Shown here piece by piece: positions 38,882 to 48,919 of a stretch of 64,000 bases of DNA (its first letter is position 1; the number at the start of each line of letters is the position of its first letter). A program made the translations under genes and the position numbers. Origin of the DNA: an uncultured virus (IMG/VR IMGVR_UViG_3300014819_000515) (lineage: Duplodnaviria; Heunggongvirae; Uroviricota; Caudoviricetes); IMG/VR virus record IMGVR_UViG_3300014819_000515; one strand, 5' to 3'. Under the pieces are notes generated by a model. That model saw nothing but the letters and a program-made list of their open reading frames with translations. It searched no databases and had not been told where the DNA came from.

Positions 38882-40372
38882 TTAACCTTTAAAGAGTCCA
38901 CCTGCTATATTGCTATATATTTCATCTAATTTGTATATGTCTATAATACCTTCGTTGTTTTTTTCCTTACCAATAAATGTATCGTTAGTTTCTTCAGGAT
39001 AAGGTCTGCGAACACTGTCTTTCATACACTCTAATACCATTACGTGTTTCTTTAATGTTCGGTTTAATTGATGTCTTACTGAAGTAACCAGATAACGACC
39101 TGACATATAAGGATCATTTCCTGATGGTTCTACATCACCGGCAGGTGTATATGAAGGCATTTCAAAAGTAATCAAATCTCCTGCGGTTACACCAGTAAAT
39201 CCTGGTACTGTAATTTCTAAACGATTTGACATAAACGCCAATCTTTGTGAAAGTCTTTTGAGTAATATGTCTTTAATAGGTGGTGAGCTTATGTCACCGT
39301 GTATTGATTGTGTATCCGGCCATAGGTACATTGTTGATTCTGGATAGTCTGATAAGTAGGCGCCTTCTCTTAAATGTAATGGCAATATACCTTTGTTATC
39401 TGTTTTAACACCGTCTTTTCCTGATTCAGTGTGGTGTAAATATTGGTATTCTTTGTTATAATCAAAATCTGTTTCTTCGTAAGTTTTATTCAATTGATCG
39501 TGTGTAATTAACTTACTTGCATATACACCATTTCTTAAATTTTTTAGTGTATCAAATTGGTCTAATATTTTAAAATTATTTACAATCTGCATTTCATTTT
39601 TAATATCTGTACTGCCACCACCATCTTTTACGTTTGATGGTTTTGGTCTAAATCTTGCAACAACTGGTCTTGCTGTGTTACCATCTATTGCTAACATACT
39701 TTCAAGTGAACGGTAATTAAAACCTAAACTTGTTTCATAAAAGTAATAACCGGCACCTGCGTATTTCTCACTTTGAGATAATAAGGATATTTGGTCAATG
39801 GCGTCAAAAGGTCTTAATCTACCAAATACGTGTTTATATAATCCATATGATGGTTCAAAATAAAAATTCTTTGCTGATGATAATGTATTTGGTTCTTTAG
39901 TAATTTTGGCCGCCATATTTGAAAATGTATCTGTCATAGCATTCTTTACTACAACCAATTCATTCTGTATCATTTCTTTACTGCAAAAATGTAATAGATA
40001 AGTTTGAGTTTTGGGACCTATTGGTGATCTGTTTTGTATTTTGTAAACATACATTGGGTTGCCTGACTTCATAGAGAAATCATAACCTTTACCTAATGAT
40101 GGAGTGAAAAATTTAAATTCAAGTCTTTCATTACCTGTTAGTGGCAATTTACCTATTACGTTATTACCATCTACAATCAACATATTGCCTGATAATGTTT
40201 TATTGTAAATACTTTCGTAAATGTTTAAATCTAATACAAGAGTTTCTATTTCAATAATATCTGGCGTATTGCTACCATCTACACTGCGATATGAAATTAA
40301 TCTTATATCTGAAAGTATATAATCACCAGGCTTTTTTAAAGCTTTGCCGTCTATTGTGTCATATAGATTCAT
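38882..40372 (-). CDS. baseplate hub protein (gp27-like tail protein)
   Basis: LNIYESIY..LSG..LPLTGNE, YYFYET..FNYRSLE, SGRYLVTSVRH; position between gp53 and gp5. Confidence 0.75.
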   Translation of the reverse strand: MNLYDTIDGKALKKPGDYILSDIRLISYRSVDGSNTPDIIEIETLVLDLNIYESIYNKTLSGNMLIVDGNNVIGKLPLTGNERLEFKFFTPSLGKGYDFSMKSGNPMYVYKIQNRSPIGPKTQTYLLHFCSKEMIQNELVVVKNAMTDTFSNMAAKITKEPNTLSSAKNFYFEPSYGLYKHVFGRLRPFDAIDQISLLSQSEKYAGAGYYFYETSLGFNYRSLESMLAIDGNTARPVVARFRPKPSNVKDGGGSTDIKNEMQIVNNFKILDQFDTLKNLRNGVYASKLITHDQLNKTYEETDFDYNKEYQYLHHTESGKDGVKTDNKGILPLHLREGAYLSDYPESTMYLWPDTQSIHGDISSPPIKDILLKRLSQRLAFMSNRLEITVPGFTGVTAGDLITFEMPSYTPAGDVEPSGNDPYMSGRYLVTSVRHQLNRTLKKHVMVLECMKDSVRRPYPEETNDTFIGKEKNNEGIIDIYKLDEIYSNIAGGLFKG

Positions 40373-40905
40373 TATTCGCTCATCAAGTTTTCAAATTCTT
40401 CTAATAATATAGGTAAATACGCTGGGTCTAATAATTTGATTTGTCGTTTTTGATCTTGTATTCTTTGTTCATAATCTCTATTTGTTATTGCTATAGCATT
40501 TGGTTCAGTGCTATTAACAATTAATTTATGTTCAAAATCACTTGGACCTTCACCTTTAATTTTACCACTTGATTGTATAATTTCATAATGATGTACACCA
40601 TCTGGATTTGTGTATTTGTCATTTATATAATTTTCAAATTCGTATGTTGTTAATGGCCAACCGTAATATCGGTCTGTTATATCATTTGTCATTAAAATTA
40701 CCCAATGATAATATTGACTGCCAAAATGTTTTCTTGCTGTAATTTCTGGTGTTTCTCCTTCAGGTATATCGTATAGATCATATAGACTTACTTCATCTAA
40801 AACTTTTGATCTTATCTTAACTCTACTCATTAAATTAGTAACAAGTTTTTCTTTACCGTCACCTTTTAAATCGTAAGTACCTTTTGGAAAATATGAGAAG
40901 TACAT
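40372..40905 (-). CDS. gp53: baseplate wedge subunit gp53
   Basis: MYFSYFP..EGETPE..YHWVILMTNDI..WPL..HHYE..KRQIKLL. Confidence 0.9.
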   Translation of the reverse strand: MYFSYFPKGTYDLKGDGKEKLVTNLMSRVKIRSKVLDEVSLYDLYDIPEGETPEITARKHFGSQYYHWVILMTNDITDRYYGWPLTTYEFENYINDKYTNPDGVHHYEIIQSSGKIKGEGPSDFEHKLIVNSTEPNAIAITNRDYEQRIQDQKRQIKLLDPAYLPILLEEFENLMSE

Positions 40906-42080
40906 TAGAATCCTTTGACAATAGTTGTTTTAGTCATAATTTCCGTTTCACTAAACTTTAATGACATTTTAGTATAAATTGGAGCAGCGCCATTATCATC
41001 GCCTGCAAAAGTACTAAAATTATTATCATCGCCGTGTTGTAAATCTAAATTAGTTAATACACAACGACTTACTCTAGGAATATATTGGTTTCTGTGTTCT
41101 AAGTACATATAAGTTATTTGAAATTCCTCTGGTACTATAAAATCATTTCCAAATTGTTCAATAGCAGGGTGCATATGATATTTAAAGATTTCTATAATCT
41201 TTGTCATACTTTCTAATTCTTTTTTATTTTTAGGTGCAAATTCAAAAACAAAATCAAAACTTCTCATAGGTACACTTTTAAATACCATTTCTGTATTAGG
41301 ATTAGTTGCCTTACCTGTAACTTTTGTTAATGCGCCTTTTAAATCTCCCATACCAGGAATAATTGATAATGCACCAGATATAAGTTCTGTACCTAATGCA
41401 GCTGCGGCATCTTTTAATCTGCCGGCCAGTTCTGCTGTTGATTTAATAGCACCACCACCTTGTAAACCTAAAAGATTTCCTATAATTCCTGTTTCTACAC
41501 CCTCGTGTACTGCACCATAAGAAGTTTTTAATCCTGGTGGCGTATATAATACAATTGTCTTTGAAACTCTTACAGTTCTATTGCCTGCTAAACCTGCGCT
41601 AATGCCACTTGATGGTTGTACTATTCTATCTTCAGTTCCACCTTTTCTATTTTTTATTGTAGTAACTCTACTTGTTCGTTGTGCTGGTTGTAACTTTTGT
41701 GCTACATCATCTCTACCTAATGATCTAGCTACTTTAGCTGAACCTGCCATAGCACTTTGTGCAAGAGCACTTGCTGCTGTATCTTTTTCTAATACATCAA
41801 AAATTATGTAATGACCTGATTCTAGTGATTGAACATTATTAGGATAATATACTGTGCCATAGTCATAAGGATTTTCTTTCATATGTGCTACAGGACTTGT
41901 ATCGTTTAATTCTAATGGTGATTTGTTTAATATCTTGGCAGCAGCGGCATTTGTCTGTGCCATATTCTTTGCTTTGTCTGTTAAAGCACCTATAATACCA
42001 CCACCTAAACCGACTAAACCGCCGCCTGTTAAGTTACCTAAATTCTTTTGGATTAAATTTGCTACTTTTGATAGTGCCAT
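40905..42080 (-). CDS. gp48: baseplate tail-tube cap gp48
   Basis: NPNTEMVFKSVPMRSFDFVFEFAPKNKKE..FKYHMHP..CVLTNL..FSETEI. Confidence 0.88.
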   Translation of the reverse strand: MALSKVANLIQKNLGNLTGGGLVGLGGGIIGALTDKAKNMAQTNAAAAKILNKSPLELNDTSPVAHMKENPYDYGTVYYPNNVQSLESGHYIIFDVLEKDTAASALAQSAMAGSAKVARSLGRDDVAQKLQPAQRTSRVTTIKNRKGGTEDRIVQPSSGISAGLAGNRTVRVSKTIVLYTPPGLKTSYGAVHEGVETGIIGNLLGLQGGGAIKSTAELAGRLKDAAAALGTELISGALSIIPGMGDLKGALTKVTGKATNPNTEMVFKSVPMRSFDFVFEFAPKNKKELESMTKIIEIFKYHMHPAIEQFGNDFIVPEEFQITYMYLEHRNQYIPRVSRCVLTNLDLQHGDDNNFSTFAGDDNGAAPIYTKMSLKFSETEIMTKTTIVKGF

Positions 42081-42118
42081 AAATACTTGTATGTTTAATA
42101 GTAATATTTATATGTGAT

Positions 42119-42553
42119 ATGAGAGCAAGTTATAAAGGAATTTACAAACCTACACACCCTAAAAAGTACGCTGGTGATCCAAATAGAATAGTGTATCGTT
42201 CACTATTAGAAAGGCGTATGATGGTATATTTGGATAAAAATGATGCCGTTGAGTTTTGGGCAAGTGAAGAAATACCTATTATCTATCGTTCACCTATTGA
42301 TTATCGTATTCATAGATACTATCCTGATTTTATATTTAAGTTAAAAACAGGTAAAAAATATATGGTTGAAATAAAACCATATCGCCAGTGTTTTCCACCT
42401 AAAAAACCAAAAAAACAAAGTCGTTCTTTTGTGAGTGAACAGTTAGAATATATAAAGAACCAAGCTAAATGGCAAGCCGCTAAAGTGTACTGTGAAGGCA
42501 ACGATTTAGAGTTTAAAATCTTTACTGAAAAAGACATAGGTGTCTATAGTTAA
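42119..42553 (+). CDS. gp4: head completion nuclease gp4
   Basis: YKPTHPKKYAGDP..YRSLLE..WASEE..HRYYPDF..VEIKP..NQAKW. Confidence 0.92.
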   Translation: MRASYKGIYKPTHPKKYAGDPNRIVYRSLLERRMMVYLDKNDAVEFWASEEIPIIYRSPIDYRIHRYYPDFIFKLKTGKKYMVEIKPYRQCFPPKKPKKQSRSFVSEQLEYIKNQAKWQAAKVYCEGNDLEFKIFTEKDIGVYS

Positions 42554-42567
42554 TATAAATATAGACA

Positions 42568-43119
42568 ATGGTTTCAATACTAGACAAATTAACTAATAAA
42601 CAAGGCGATACTACTAAATCAGCAAGTTGGTATAAAAACGCCATATCATCTATTGGCCAAAAGATTAGTGCCAATAAGTTAATGGCACAAGGAACATTGA
42701 CTGCACGACCGAATGTGGGGTTATTAAATTTATTCTTTTATGATCCAAAGTATAAAGAAACATTACCATACTACGATACGTTTCCTCTAGTGTTACCATT
42801 AGAGTCAATTAAAGGTGGATTTAGTGGTTTGAATTTTCATTATTTACCACCATTATTAAGATTAAGATTATTAGAAAATATGCAAAGATACGCAACAAGT
42901 CCTAAAATAGACACAGCAAGATTTGACGTAAGTTGGTCAAGAGTAAAAAATATACCACTTGTAAAACCAACAATCAAAAAGTATTTGTACAAACACGTAA
43001 GGTCAAGTTTTTTAAGAATTGATTTATCACAGGCCGCTATTGCTTGTTATTTACCAGTACAACAATTTCAAAAGAGACCTGCTGCTGGTGTATATGCAGC
43101 TTCAAGGAGATCATTGTAA
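42568..43119 (+). CDS. gp2: DNA end protector gp2
   Basis: FFYDPKYKETLPYYDTFPLV..GLNFHYLPP..KKYLYKHVRS; TATAAATA 42554-42561. Confidence 0.92.
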   Translation: MVSILDKLTNKQGDTTKSASWYKNAISSIGQKISANKLMAQGTLTARPNVGLLNLFFYDPKYKETLPYYDTFPLVLPLESIKGGFSGLNFHYLPPLLRLRLLENMQRYATSPKIDTARFDVSWSRVKNIPLVKPTIKKYLYKHVRSSFLRIDLSQAAIACYLPVQQFQKRPAAGVYAASRRSL

Positions 43120-44102
43120 TGGCCATATTAAGAGGCGGAGTTCGTATTGGTGGTTTTGATATAAGATTAGGTTTACCTCGTGATCGTTCTTTAGATAATG
43201 TTGAAGGCGATCCACGATTTAGACAAAAAGCAGGTGGCAATCCTGAAACGACTATGGGTCGTGTACAATCATATATTAATGAGGCAGAAGGATTTGCTCG
43301 TAAGGCAAGATTTTATGTTGAGTTTAATTTACCAAAAGCTGGTGGTGCAGGTCTTACAAATATAGATCCTGGTTCTGAATTAAGTGATGGTGCAAACGAA
43401 TTAGCAACTACATTCAAAACTTCAGCAGAAATGATTTCTGTACAAAAAGCAAACGCTAGACGTGTACAAGCATTTTGTTCTGCTATATCAATGCCTGAAC
43501 GTACAGTTGAAATGAAAGAAGTTAAACACCACGGCCCAGCATATAAAATAGCAATAGATTATAAGTCAGCAGATATAACAGCAACATTTTATGCTGATAA
43601 ATTTTTAAGAGAAAGAAGTTATTTTGAATTATGGCAAAAAGCTGCGTTCAGCAATCAAAGTCATAATTTTAATTTTTATGATAATTATGTTTCTGATGTA
43701 AACATATTTCAATTAGGTCAATTTGCAAGTCGTAACGAAAGAGATGATGTAACATATGCTGTCAAGTTATTTGATTGTTTTCCAAAAACTATAAGTGCTG
43801 TAGAGTATTCGTATGATAATAATGCTGTACAAACTTTTCAAGTGACATTTGGTTTTAGATATTGGATAAATTACTTCTTAGATAGATCAGGCAATATAGA
43901 ATTAGGTCAACCAAACTTTAGAGATGTTACCGTTAAAAGTTCTTTTGGTGCATTTGGCGGCCTATTAAACAAATTACCACCAGAATTAAGACGTGCTGGT
44001 GTTGATGTATTACAAGGACTAAAAAGACGTATACCAATCGGTGGTATTACAGGTGGTCGAGTATTTCCTCCATTTGGCAATTTTCCACCACTTAATTTAT
44101 AA
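43119..44102 (+). CDS. gp54: baseplate tail-tube initiator (gp54 / gp19-fold)
   Basis: ATG 43119 with AAGGAG; FARKARFYV..CSAISMP..TFYAD..YFELWQ..LFDCFPKTI. Confidence 0.75.
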   Translation: MAILRGGVRIGGFDIRLGLPRDRSLDNVEGDPRFRQKAGGNPETTMGRVQSYINEAEGFARKARFYVEFNLPKAGGAGLTNIDPGSELSDGANELATTFKTSAEMISVQKANARRVQAFCSAISMPERTVEMKEVKHHGPAYKIAIDYKSADITATFYADKFLRERSYFELWQKAAFSNQSHNFNFYDNYVSDVNIFQLGQFASRNERDDVTYAVKLFDCFPKTISAVEYSYDNNAVQTFQVTFGFRYWINYFLDRSGNIELGQPNFRDVTVKSSFGAFGGLLNKLPPELRRAGVDVLQGLKRRIPIGGITGGRVFPPFGNFPPLNL

Positions 44103-44117
44103 TAAAAGGAGATAATA

Positions 44118-44837
44118 ATGACGTTACCAAGAGTTGATGTGCCTACATATGAGTTGACACTGCCATCACAAGATTTAAAAGTAAAGTATAGGCCTTTTCT
44201 TGTTAGAGAAGAAAAAATACTTTTTATAGCACAAGAAACAGGAGACAATAAACAAATTGTTGAAGCAATAAGAGAAATAATTAATGCTTGTACATTTAAT
44301 GTTTTAAAAGTAGATTTACTACCTATATTTGATATAGAGTATATATTTTTACAATTAAGAGCTAAATCAGTATCAGAAATATCTAAATTTAAAACGATAT
44401 GTCCAGACGATGGAAAAACTTATGTTGAAACTGAAGTTGATTTAACTAAAATTGAAGTTCAAGTTGATGACTCACATTCAAATAAAATAATTTTAGATGA
44501 AAAAAGAAACTTAGGTGTAGTATTAGGTTATCCTACTTTAAAAAACTATGATTATGGTAAAGGTAAAATTGATACTCAACAATTAGAATTGATGTTTACA
44601 ATTTTAGTTGATTGTATAGATCACGTTTTTGAAGGTGATAAAATATACCCAGCAAAAGATAGTACTAAAAAAGAATTAAGAGAATTCCTAGAAGGTCTAC
44701 CACAAGAAGCTTTTATTAAAATAAGAAAGTTTTTTGAAACAATGCCTGTATTAAAACACGAAATAGAGGTAACTAATCCTAAAACTAACGTGAAAAGTAA
44801 AGTGGTTTTAACAGGAATATCTGATTTTTTCGAATAA
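44118..44837 (+). CDS. gp26: baseplate hub assembly protein gp26
   Basis: LPRVDVPTYELTLPS..YRPFLVREEK..FDIEYIFLQLRAKSVSE..FFETMP..GISDFF. Confidence 0.92.
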   Translation: MTLPRVDVPTYELTLPSQDLKVKYRPFLVREEKILFIAQETGDNKQIVEAIREIINACTFNVLKVDLLPIFDIEYIFLQLRAKSVSEISKFKTICPDDGKTYVETEVDLTKIEVQVDDSHSNKIILDEKRNLGVVLGYPTLKNYDYGKGKIDTQQLELMFTILVDCIDHVFEGDKIYPAKDSTKKELREFLEGLPQEAFIKIRKFFETMPVLKHEIEVTNPKTNVKSKVVLTGISDFFE

Positions 44838-44862
44838 GCCTCTCTCATAATTCGTTAGAGGC
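44825..44862 (+). promoter_or_regulatory. candidate -1 ribosomal frameshift signal
   Basis: Slippery T TTT TTC 44825-44831; 6 nt spacer; stem GCCTCT 44838-44843 / AGAGGC 44857-44862. Confidence 0.7.
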
Positions 44863-45016
44863 ATACTTTGAAACTAACTTTGCATTGATACAGCATCATA
44901 AATATTCACTAAGTGAGATAGAGAATATGATACCTTGGGAACGTGATATTTACATTTCGTTATTGATTAATCATTTAAAAGAAGAAGCAGATAGAAAGAA
45001 AAGGAATAGTCAATGA
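44831..45016 (+). CDS. gp51: gp51-like baseplate hub assembly protein in the -1 frame of gp26 (no own canonical start)
   Basis: Manual: RISLSHNSLEAYFETNFALIQHHKYSLSEIENMIPWERDIYISLLINHLKEEADRKKRNSQ; missed by the ORF track. Confidence 0.85.
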   Translation, partial: RISLSHNSLEAYFETNFALIQHHKYSLSEIENMIPWERDIYISLLINHLKEEADRKKRNSQ

Positions 45017-45327
45017 GTACACAGAATAAAGAAACAAGTTTTAATACTAAGTGGCGTCCTGCTATGGGCTGGTTATATCTAGCAGTATGTGCTTTTGATT
45101 TTGTTATATTTCCTATATTATGGAATTTTGCACAAGCAACATATTTAAAAACAGTTGTGTTTACACAATGGAATCCATTAACATTACAAGGTGCTGGTTT
45201 CTTTCATATAGCTATGGGTGCCGTATTAGGTGTAACAGCATATGGTAGAACACAAGAAAAGATTGAAACTAAAAAGATTGAAGCAAACAAAATAAAAATT
45301 AATTTAGACGAAGATCAAATAGGGTAA
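45013..45327 (+). CDS. holin-like membrane protein (3TM holin family-like)
   Basis: KWRPAMGWLY..FDFVIFP..MGAVLGVTAYGRTQEK. Confidence 0.7.
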   Translation: MSTQNKETSFNTKWRPAMGWLYLAVCAFDFVIFPILWNFAQATYLKTVVFTQWNPLTLQGAGFFHIAMGAVLGVTAYGRTQEKIETKKIEANKIKINLDEDQIG

Positions 45328-45330
45328 TAA

Positions 45331-46923
45331 ATGGCCGACGAAAACGATAATAGTTTGTATATGGCAGGTGGTAATAAAATCTTTAATCAGATGGAAAGAC
45401 TAACTGCTAAACAAGATAAAATTGCTAATCAGCAACAACAAATCGTTGATGAAAGATTGAGAGATAAAGCACAATCTGTTGCCAATATAAAATCTATTGC
45501 CACAACACAAGGTGGAAAACCCCTAACCACAACAAACATTGCTTCTGTATTAGGTACAGTAGCTACATCAATAACAAATAGAATTAATCAAATGTCGTTA
45601 AATACGACAAAGCAATTTTTACCTATTGATTCACAAATAAAACAAGTAAATGATTTAATATCTTCTAATTATGAAGGAGATATAGATAAAGGTTTTGAAT
45701 TAATTGATAGACTACAATCACGACTAGGTGTAGATTTAGGTAAATACAGTAAAGAAATAGGTGATTCTGTTCAAAAACTTTACGATATGAATAGACAACG
45801 TAAAGAAGATAAAGCAGAAGCTGAAAGAATTAGAGTAGAAAAAACACAAGAATTAACTAAAGAAAGAGATATATTAAGAGAAAGAGGAATTAATACTTAC
45901 GTTAATGAAAAGACTTTAAAATTAGAAATTAAATCTAAAAAAGAAGAAAGAATAGAGTTAAAAAGAATACAAGAAGAAGAAAGAAAATTAAAACAAGAAG
46001 AAAAAGATTTAGCTAAAGAATTAAAAGAATTAAAAAAAAGTGATACAATAGATAAAGAGGATCAAGAAAAAATATTACTAAGACAAGAAAATTTATCTGA
46101 AAAGAATAAATTATTAGAGAGAGATAAAGAAAAAGCTGGGTTAAAACCTAAAGAAAGAGTTTCTGGAATGTTAGACCAAACAGTTGGTGAAGCATTTAGA
46201 AATATAAAAACTTTTGGTAAAGAAATCAAACAATTAGGTGGTGATTTATTTAAAGGTTTTGGTAAATTAGCAGGTTTGGTAGGTAGAGTTGCTATGGGAT
46301 TTTTAGCATTGTTAGCACCTTTAATTCCTTTTATATTAATTGCCATTATGGTAGGTGTTGTTATATATGCTTTATATAAAGCTATTAAGAGTGTAATTGA
46401 TTTCTTTGCTGACATATTTGATGGTATCAGTAAAATATGGCCATTTAGTTTATTAAAAGATGATGATAATAAAAATAAAGATGTAGGAGATAAGAGTAAA
46501 ACTGCCGTGCCTGGCCAAGAAAATAAAGAAAGTCCTCAATATCAAAATGATATTCAAAAACGTACTGGTCAAGGACAAATGGTCAACAGAAATGAAATTG
46601 ATGGTGAAACATCTAAAGATGTAAAGACTTTTGAAACAGGTCGTGATTCTGATGCTATGAAAATATTACCTATCAATGCCGAAGGCGGTGAAGATAGAAG
46701 AAGTATAAGTCAAATGACTAAAAATGTTAGATCACAAAATTTAAATCAAATGAGTGTAGAAAACCAAGCATTAAATGAATCTAAACCTACTAACAATACA
46801 GTAGTAGCTCCTAATATATCTAATAGTAGTGTAAATGCTTCTAATACACAGGCTATGACTATGGAACCTACAAACTTTGATCGTTCTTTTATTAATTTAA
46901 ATTCACCTAGTATACCGGTTTAA
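45331..46923 (+). CDS. probable tape measure protein (gp29 position)
   Basis: Long helical/coiled coil, central hydrophobic segment, C-terminal NNTVVAPN Asn/Ser-rich tail; follows gp26/gp51. Confidence 0.65.
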   Translation: MADENDNSLYMAGGNKIFNQMERLTAKQDKIANQQQQIVDERLRDKAQSVANIKSIATTQGGKPLTTTNIASVLGTVATSITNRINQMSLNTTKQFLPIDSQIKQVNDLISSNYEGDIDKGFELIDRLQSRLGVDLGKYSKEIGDSVQKLYDMNRQRKEDKAEAERIRVEKTQELTKERDILRERGINTYVNEKTLKLEIKSKKEERIELKRIQEEERKLKQEEKDLAKELKELKKSDTIDKEDQEKILLRQENLSEKNKLLERDKEKAGLKPKERVSGMLDQTVGEAFRNIKTFGKEIKQLGGDLFKGFGKLAGLVGRVAMGFLALLAPLIPFILIAIMVGVVIYALYKAIKSVIDFFADIFDGISKIWPFSLLKDDDNKNKDVGDKSKTAVPGQENKESPQYQNDIQKRTGQGQMVNRNEIDGETSKDVKTFETGRDSDAMKILPINAEGGEDRRSISQMTKNVRSQNLNQMSVENQALNESKPTNNTVVAPNISNSSVNASNTQAMTMEPTNFDRSFINLNSPSIPV

Positions 46924-46925
46924 AT

Positions 46926-46949
46926 ATGGTGGCCATTTCTGGCCACCAT
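46926..46949. terminator. hairpin between convergent genes
   Basis: ATGGTGGCCA-TTTC-TGGCCACCAT, perfect 10 bp stem. Confidence 0.75.
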
Positions 46950-46975
46950 TAAAGTATTAGTAGAGAGAGAAATTT

Positions 46976-47872
46976 CTACTCGTCATCCGCCAATTTACTA
47001 AAGTAAGATAACGTATCGTCATCATCACTAGCGGCTGGAGTAGTTTTACCATTACTTTTTACTGCACCATTTGTCTTAGCCGATGGGAGATCAGCAGATT
47101 CAATAGTAGCAGCATTTCTAGTTCCCGTAATTACCCTATTCAGTTTCTCTTTGAGTTCATCATAGGATTTAAAATTAGTAGGGGCCAAGAAAGGTGTAAG
47201 AGCATATTGTTTAGACCATATTGCTTTGATTTTTTCATCAGTATCAGCAATAGGAGCAACAGGCTCAAATTCAGACTTGTCGTAGTTCCAATAACCATCT
47301 ACTTTTCTAATTTTTAGTTTAAAGTTTGCACCTTTCCAAAAATCAAATGGGTTAATGGCCGCTTCATCTTCAAATGCTGGTTGCATTGCTTCAGTAATCT
47401 TATCAAATATCTTTTTACCGAATTTGAATATGAATACTTTGCCTTCATTTTCTGGATGTTTAGGATCACTTACAACTAATATGTTAGAGAAGTAAGATAA
47501 TTTTCTTTTTCTTTTTCTTGCTATCTCTTTATCAGATTCAACACCTGAATTCCATAGTCTGGTGTTTTCTTCACTAACAGGATCTTTTTGATTAAGAGTT
47601 GTTAATGAGTTCTCAATATACCAACCACCTTTATCTTGGAAGGCATGAGACCAAACTCTTACCCATGGCATTTCTTCTTTTTCAGAAGCAGGTAAGAAAC
47701 GAAGTACGGCATAACCACTACCAGTTTTATCTAGTTCAGGTTTCCATATTCTGTCGTCTGCGTATTTGTCTTTTGATGTTTTATTAATATCCTCAGGATT
47801 GAGGTTAGCCTCTAGTGCTTTGGTAAGTTTATCAAAGTTAGAATGACTAGTTTTTAATGTATTGAAGTCCAT
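46976..47872 (-). CDS. gp32: single-stranded DNA binding protein gp32
   Basis: DDRIWKPELDKTGSGYAVLRFLP..WYIENSLTT..RKRKLSY..FKLKIRKVDGYWNYDKSEF; acidic tail. Confidence 0.96.
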   Translation of the reverse strand: MDFNTLKTSHSNFDKLTKALEANLNPEDINKTSKDKYADDRIWKPELDKTGSGYAVLRFLPASEKEEMPWVRVWSHAFQDKGGWYIENSLTTLNQKDPVSEENTRLWNSGVESDKEIARKRKRKLSYFSNILVVSDPKHPENEGKVFIFKFGKKIFDKITEAMQPAFEDEAAINPFDFWKGANFKLKIRKVDGYWNYDKSEFEPVAPIADTDEKIKAIWSKQYALTPFLAPTNFKSYDELKEKLNRVITGTRNAATIESADLPSAKTNGAVKSNGKTTPAASDDDDTLSYFSKLADDE

Positions 47873-47923
47873 TGTATTCTCCGTATGTTTGTATTTGTGT
47901 TAGCTGTATAATCGCTATCAGTA

Positions 47924-48058
47924 TTATTTATAACTCTTTTCTCGCCACTTTTTGTGTTGAGATGCCCATTCTTTAGCTGAAATACCTTTAGGGTATCTCA
48001 ATCTATCTCGTAGTTTTTCAAGTCTATTAATTAAATAATTCAATATTCTAATATACAT
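47924..48058 (-). CDS. small hypothetical protein
   Basis: Manual 44 aa MYIRILNYLINRLEKLRDRLRYPKG; sigma70 promoter at 48065-48093. Confidence 0.55.
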   Translation of the reverse strand: MYIRILNYLINRLEKLRDRLRYPKGISAKEWASQHKKWREKSYK

Positions 48059-48070
48059 ACCATTAATATA

Positions 48071-48919
48071 TCATAGACCTAGTTCTTTGTCAAGCTGTTG
48101 AAAGTTAATGTACCGTATATTAGGTTTGCCGTGCCATTCATTAATGGCCGTATTGGTAGTATCTCTATCATCATTAAATTCGTTTACTTTTATGAATTGA
48201 ATTTTAGGCTCCCAGGTAAACAATGTTTTCCATTGTTCAATCCAGTTAACACAAGGTGTTGGACTATGTTCAGGTATAGTATAATGTTTAGTCCCGGCAT
48301 ACATATTATTAACTTTGTCATCATTACTGTACAAATCGTGGCCTATAAGATATACTTTTTTAGGTGAAAATAATTTGATTGCAATATAACCTGAAGTTGG
48401 GCCTGCTGACCAACCGTGATCTATGGCAGAGCCTTGTTGATTTACCATTATTTCTTTTAAATCATGTGTCTTATCAGTATCTCTTACCCAACTAATTACT
48501 AATTGATTTGAATTTATATTTTTCTGAAATTTTGATTTGTCTTTATTTAATATAGTTATTAAACCAGATAAATTGGCGCCGTGCATAACAAATTCTTTTT
48601 CATCTGTTCTTTTATTTTCATTTTTAACATGCCATTTGTTTATTTCATCTATATCTATTTTAGAAAGACCGGCATGTACTAAACTATCATACATAAAATC
48701 AGGACATTTAGTCCAATCTCTAAACCAAGTTTCGTTTTTTTTACAATAACCACTATGATATATTTCGTGCATTATACCATGGTCAACGGATACTAATACA
48801 TCTGGTGTAAATGTTCTATATATGGCATTACAACCAAATATTTTACCGTAAGGTCTTATTTTTTCTAAATTGAAATTTTTACGACTTGTACCGTTACCTA
48901 TACAAAATACGTTAGACAT
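48071..48919 (-). CDS. Maf/DUF115-like (sialyltransferase-type fold) protein
   Basis: VFCIGNGTSR..GCNAIYR..PDVLVSVD..SAGPT..VYLIGHD. Confidence 0.55.
   Translation of the reverse strand: MSNVFCIGNGTSRKNFNLEKIRPYGKIFGCNAIYRTFTPDVLVSVDHGIMHEIYHSGYCKKNETWFRDWTKCPDFMYDSLVHAGLSKIDIDEINKWHVKNENKRTDEKEFVMHGANLSGLITILNKDKSKFQKNINSNQLVISWVRDTDKTHDLKEIMVNQQGSAIDHGWSAGPTSGYIAIKLFSPKKVYLIGHDLYSNDDKVNNMYAGTKHYTIPEHSPTPCVNWIEQWKTLFTWEPKIQFIKVNEFNDDRDTTNTAINEWHGKPNIRYINFQQLDKELGL

Noticed and set aside
38631..38885. 84 aa plus-strand ORF
   Set aside because: TTG start, low-information sequence; two coupled minus-strand ORFs explain the region better.
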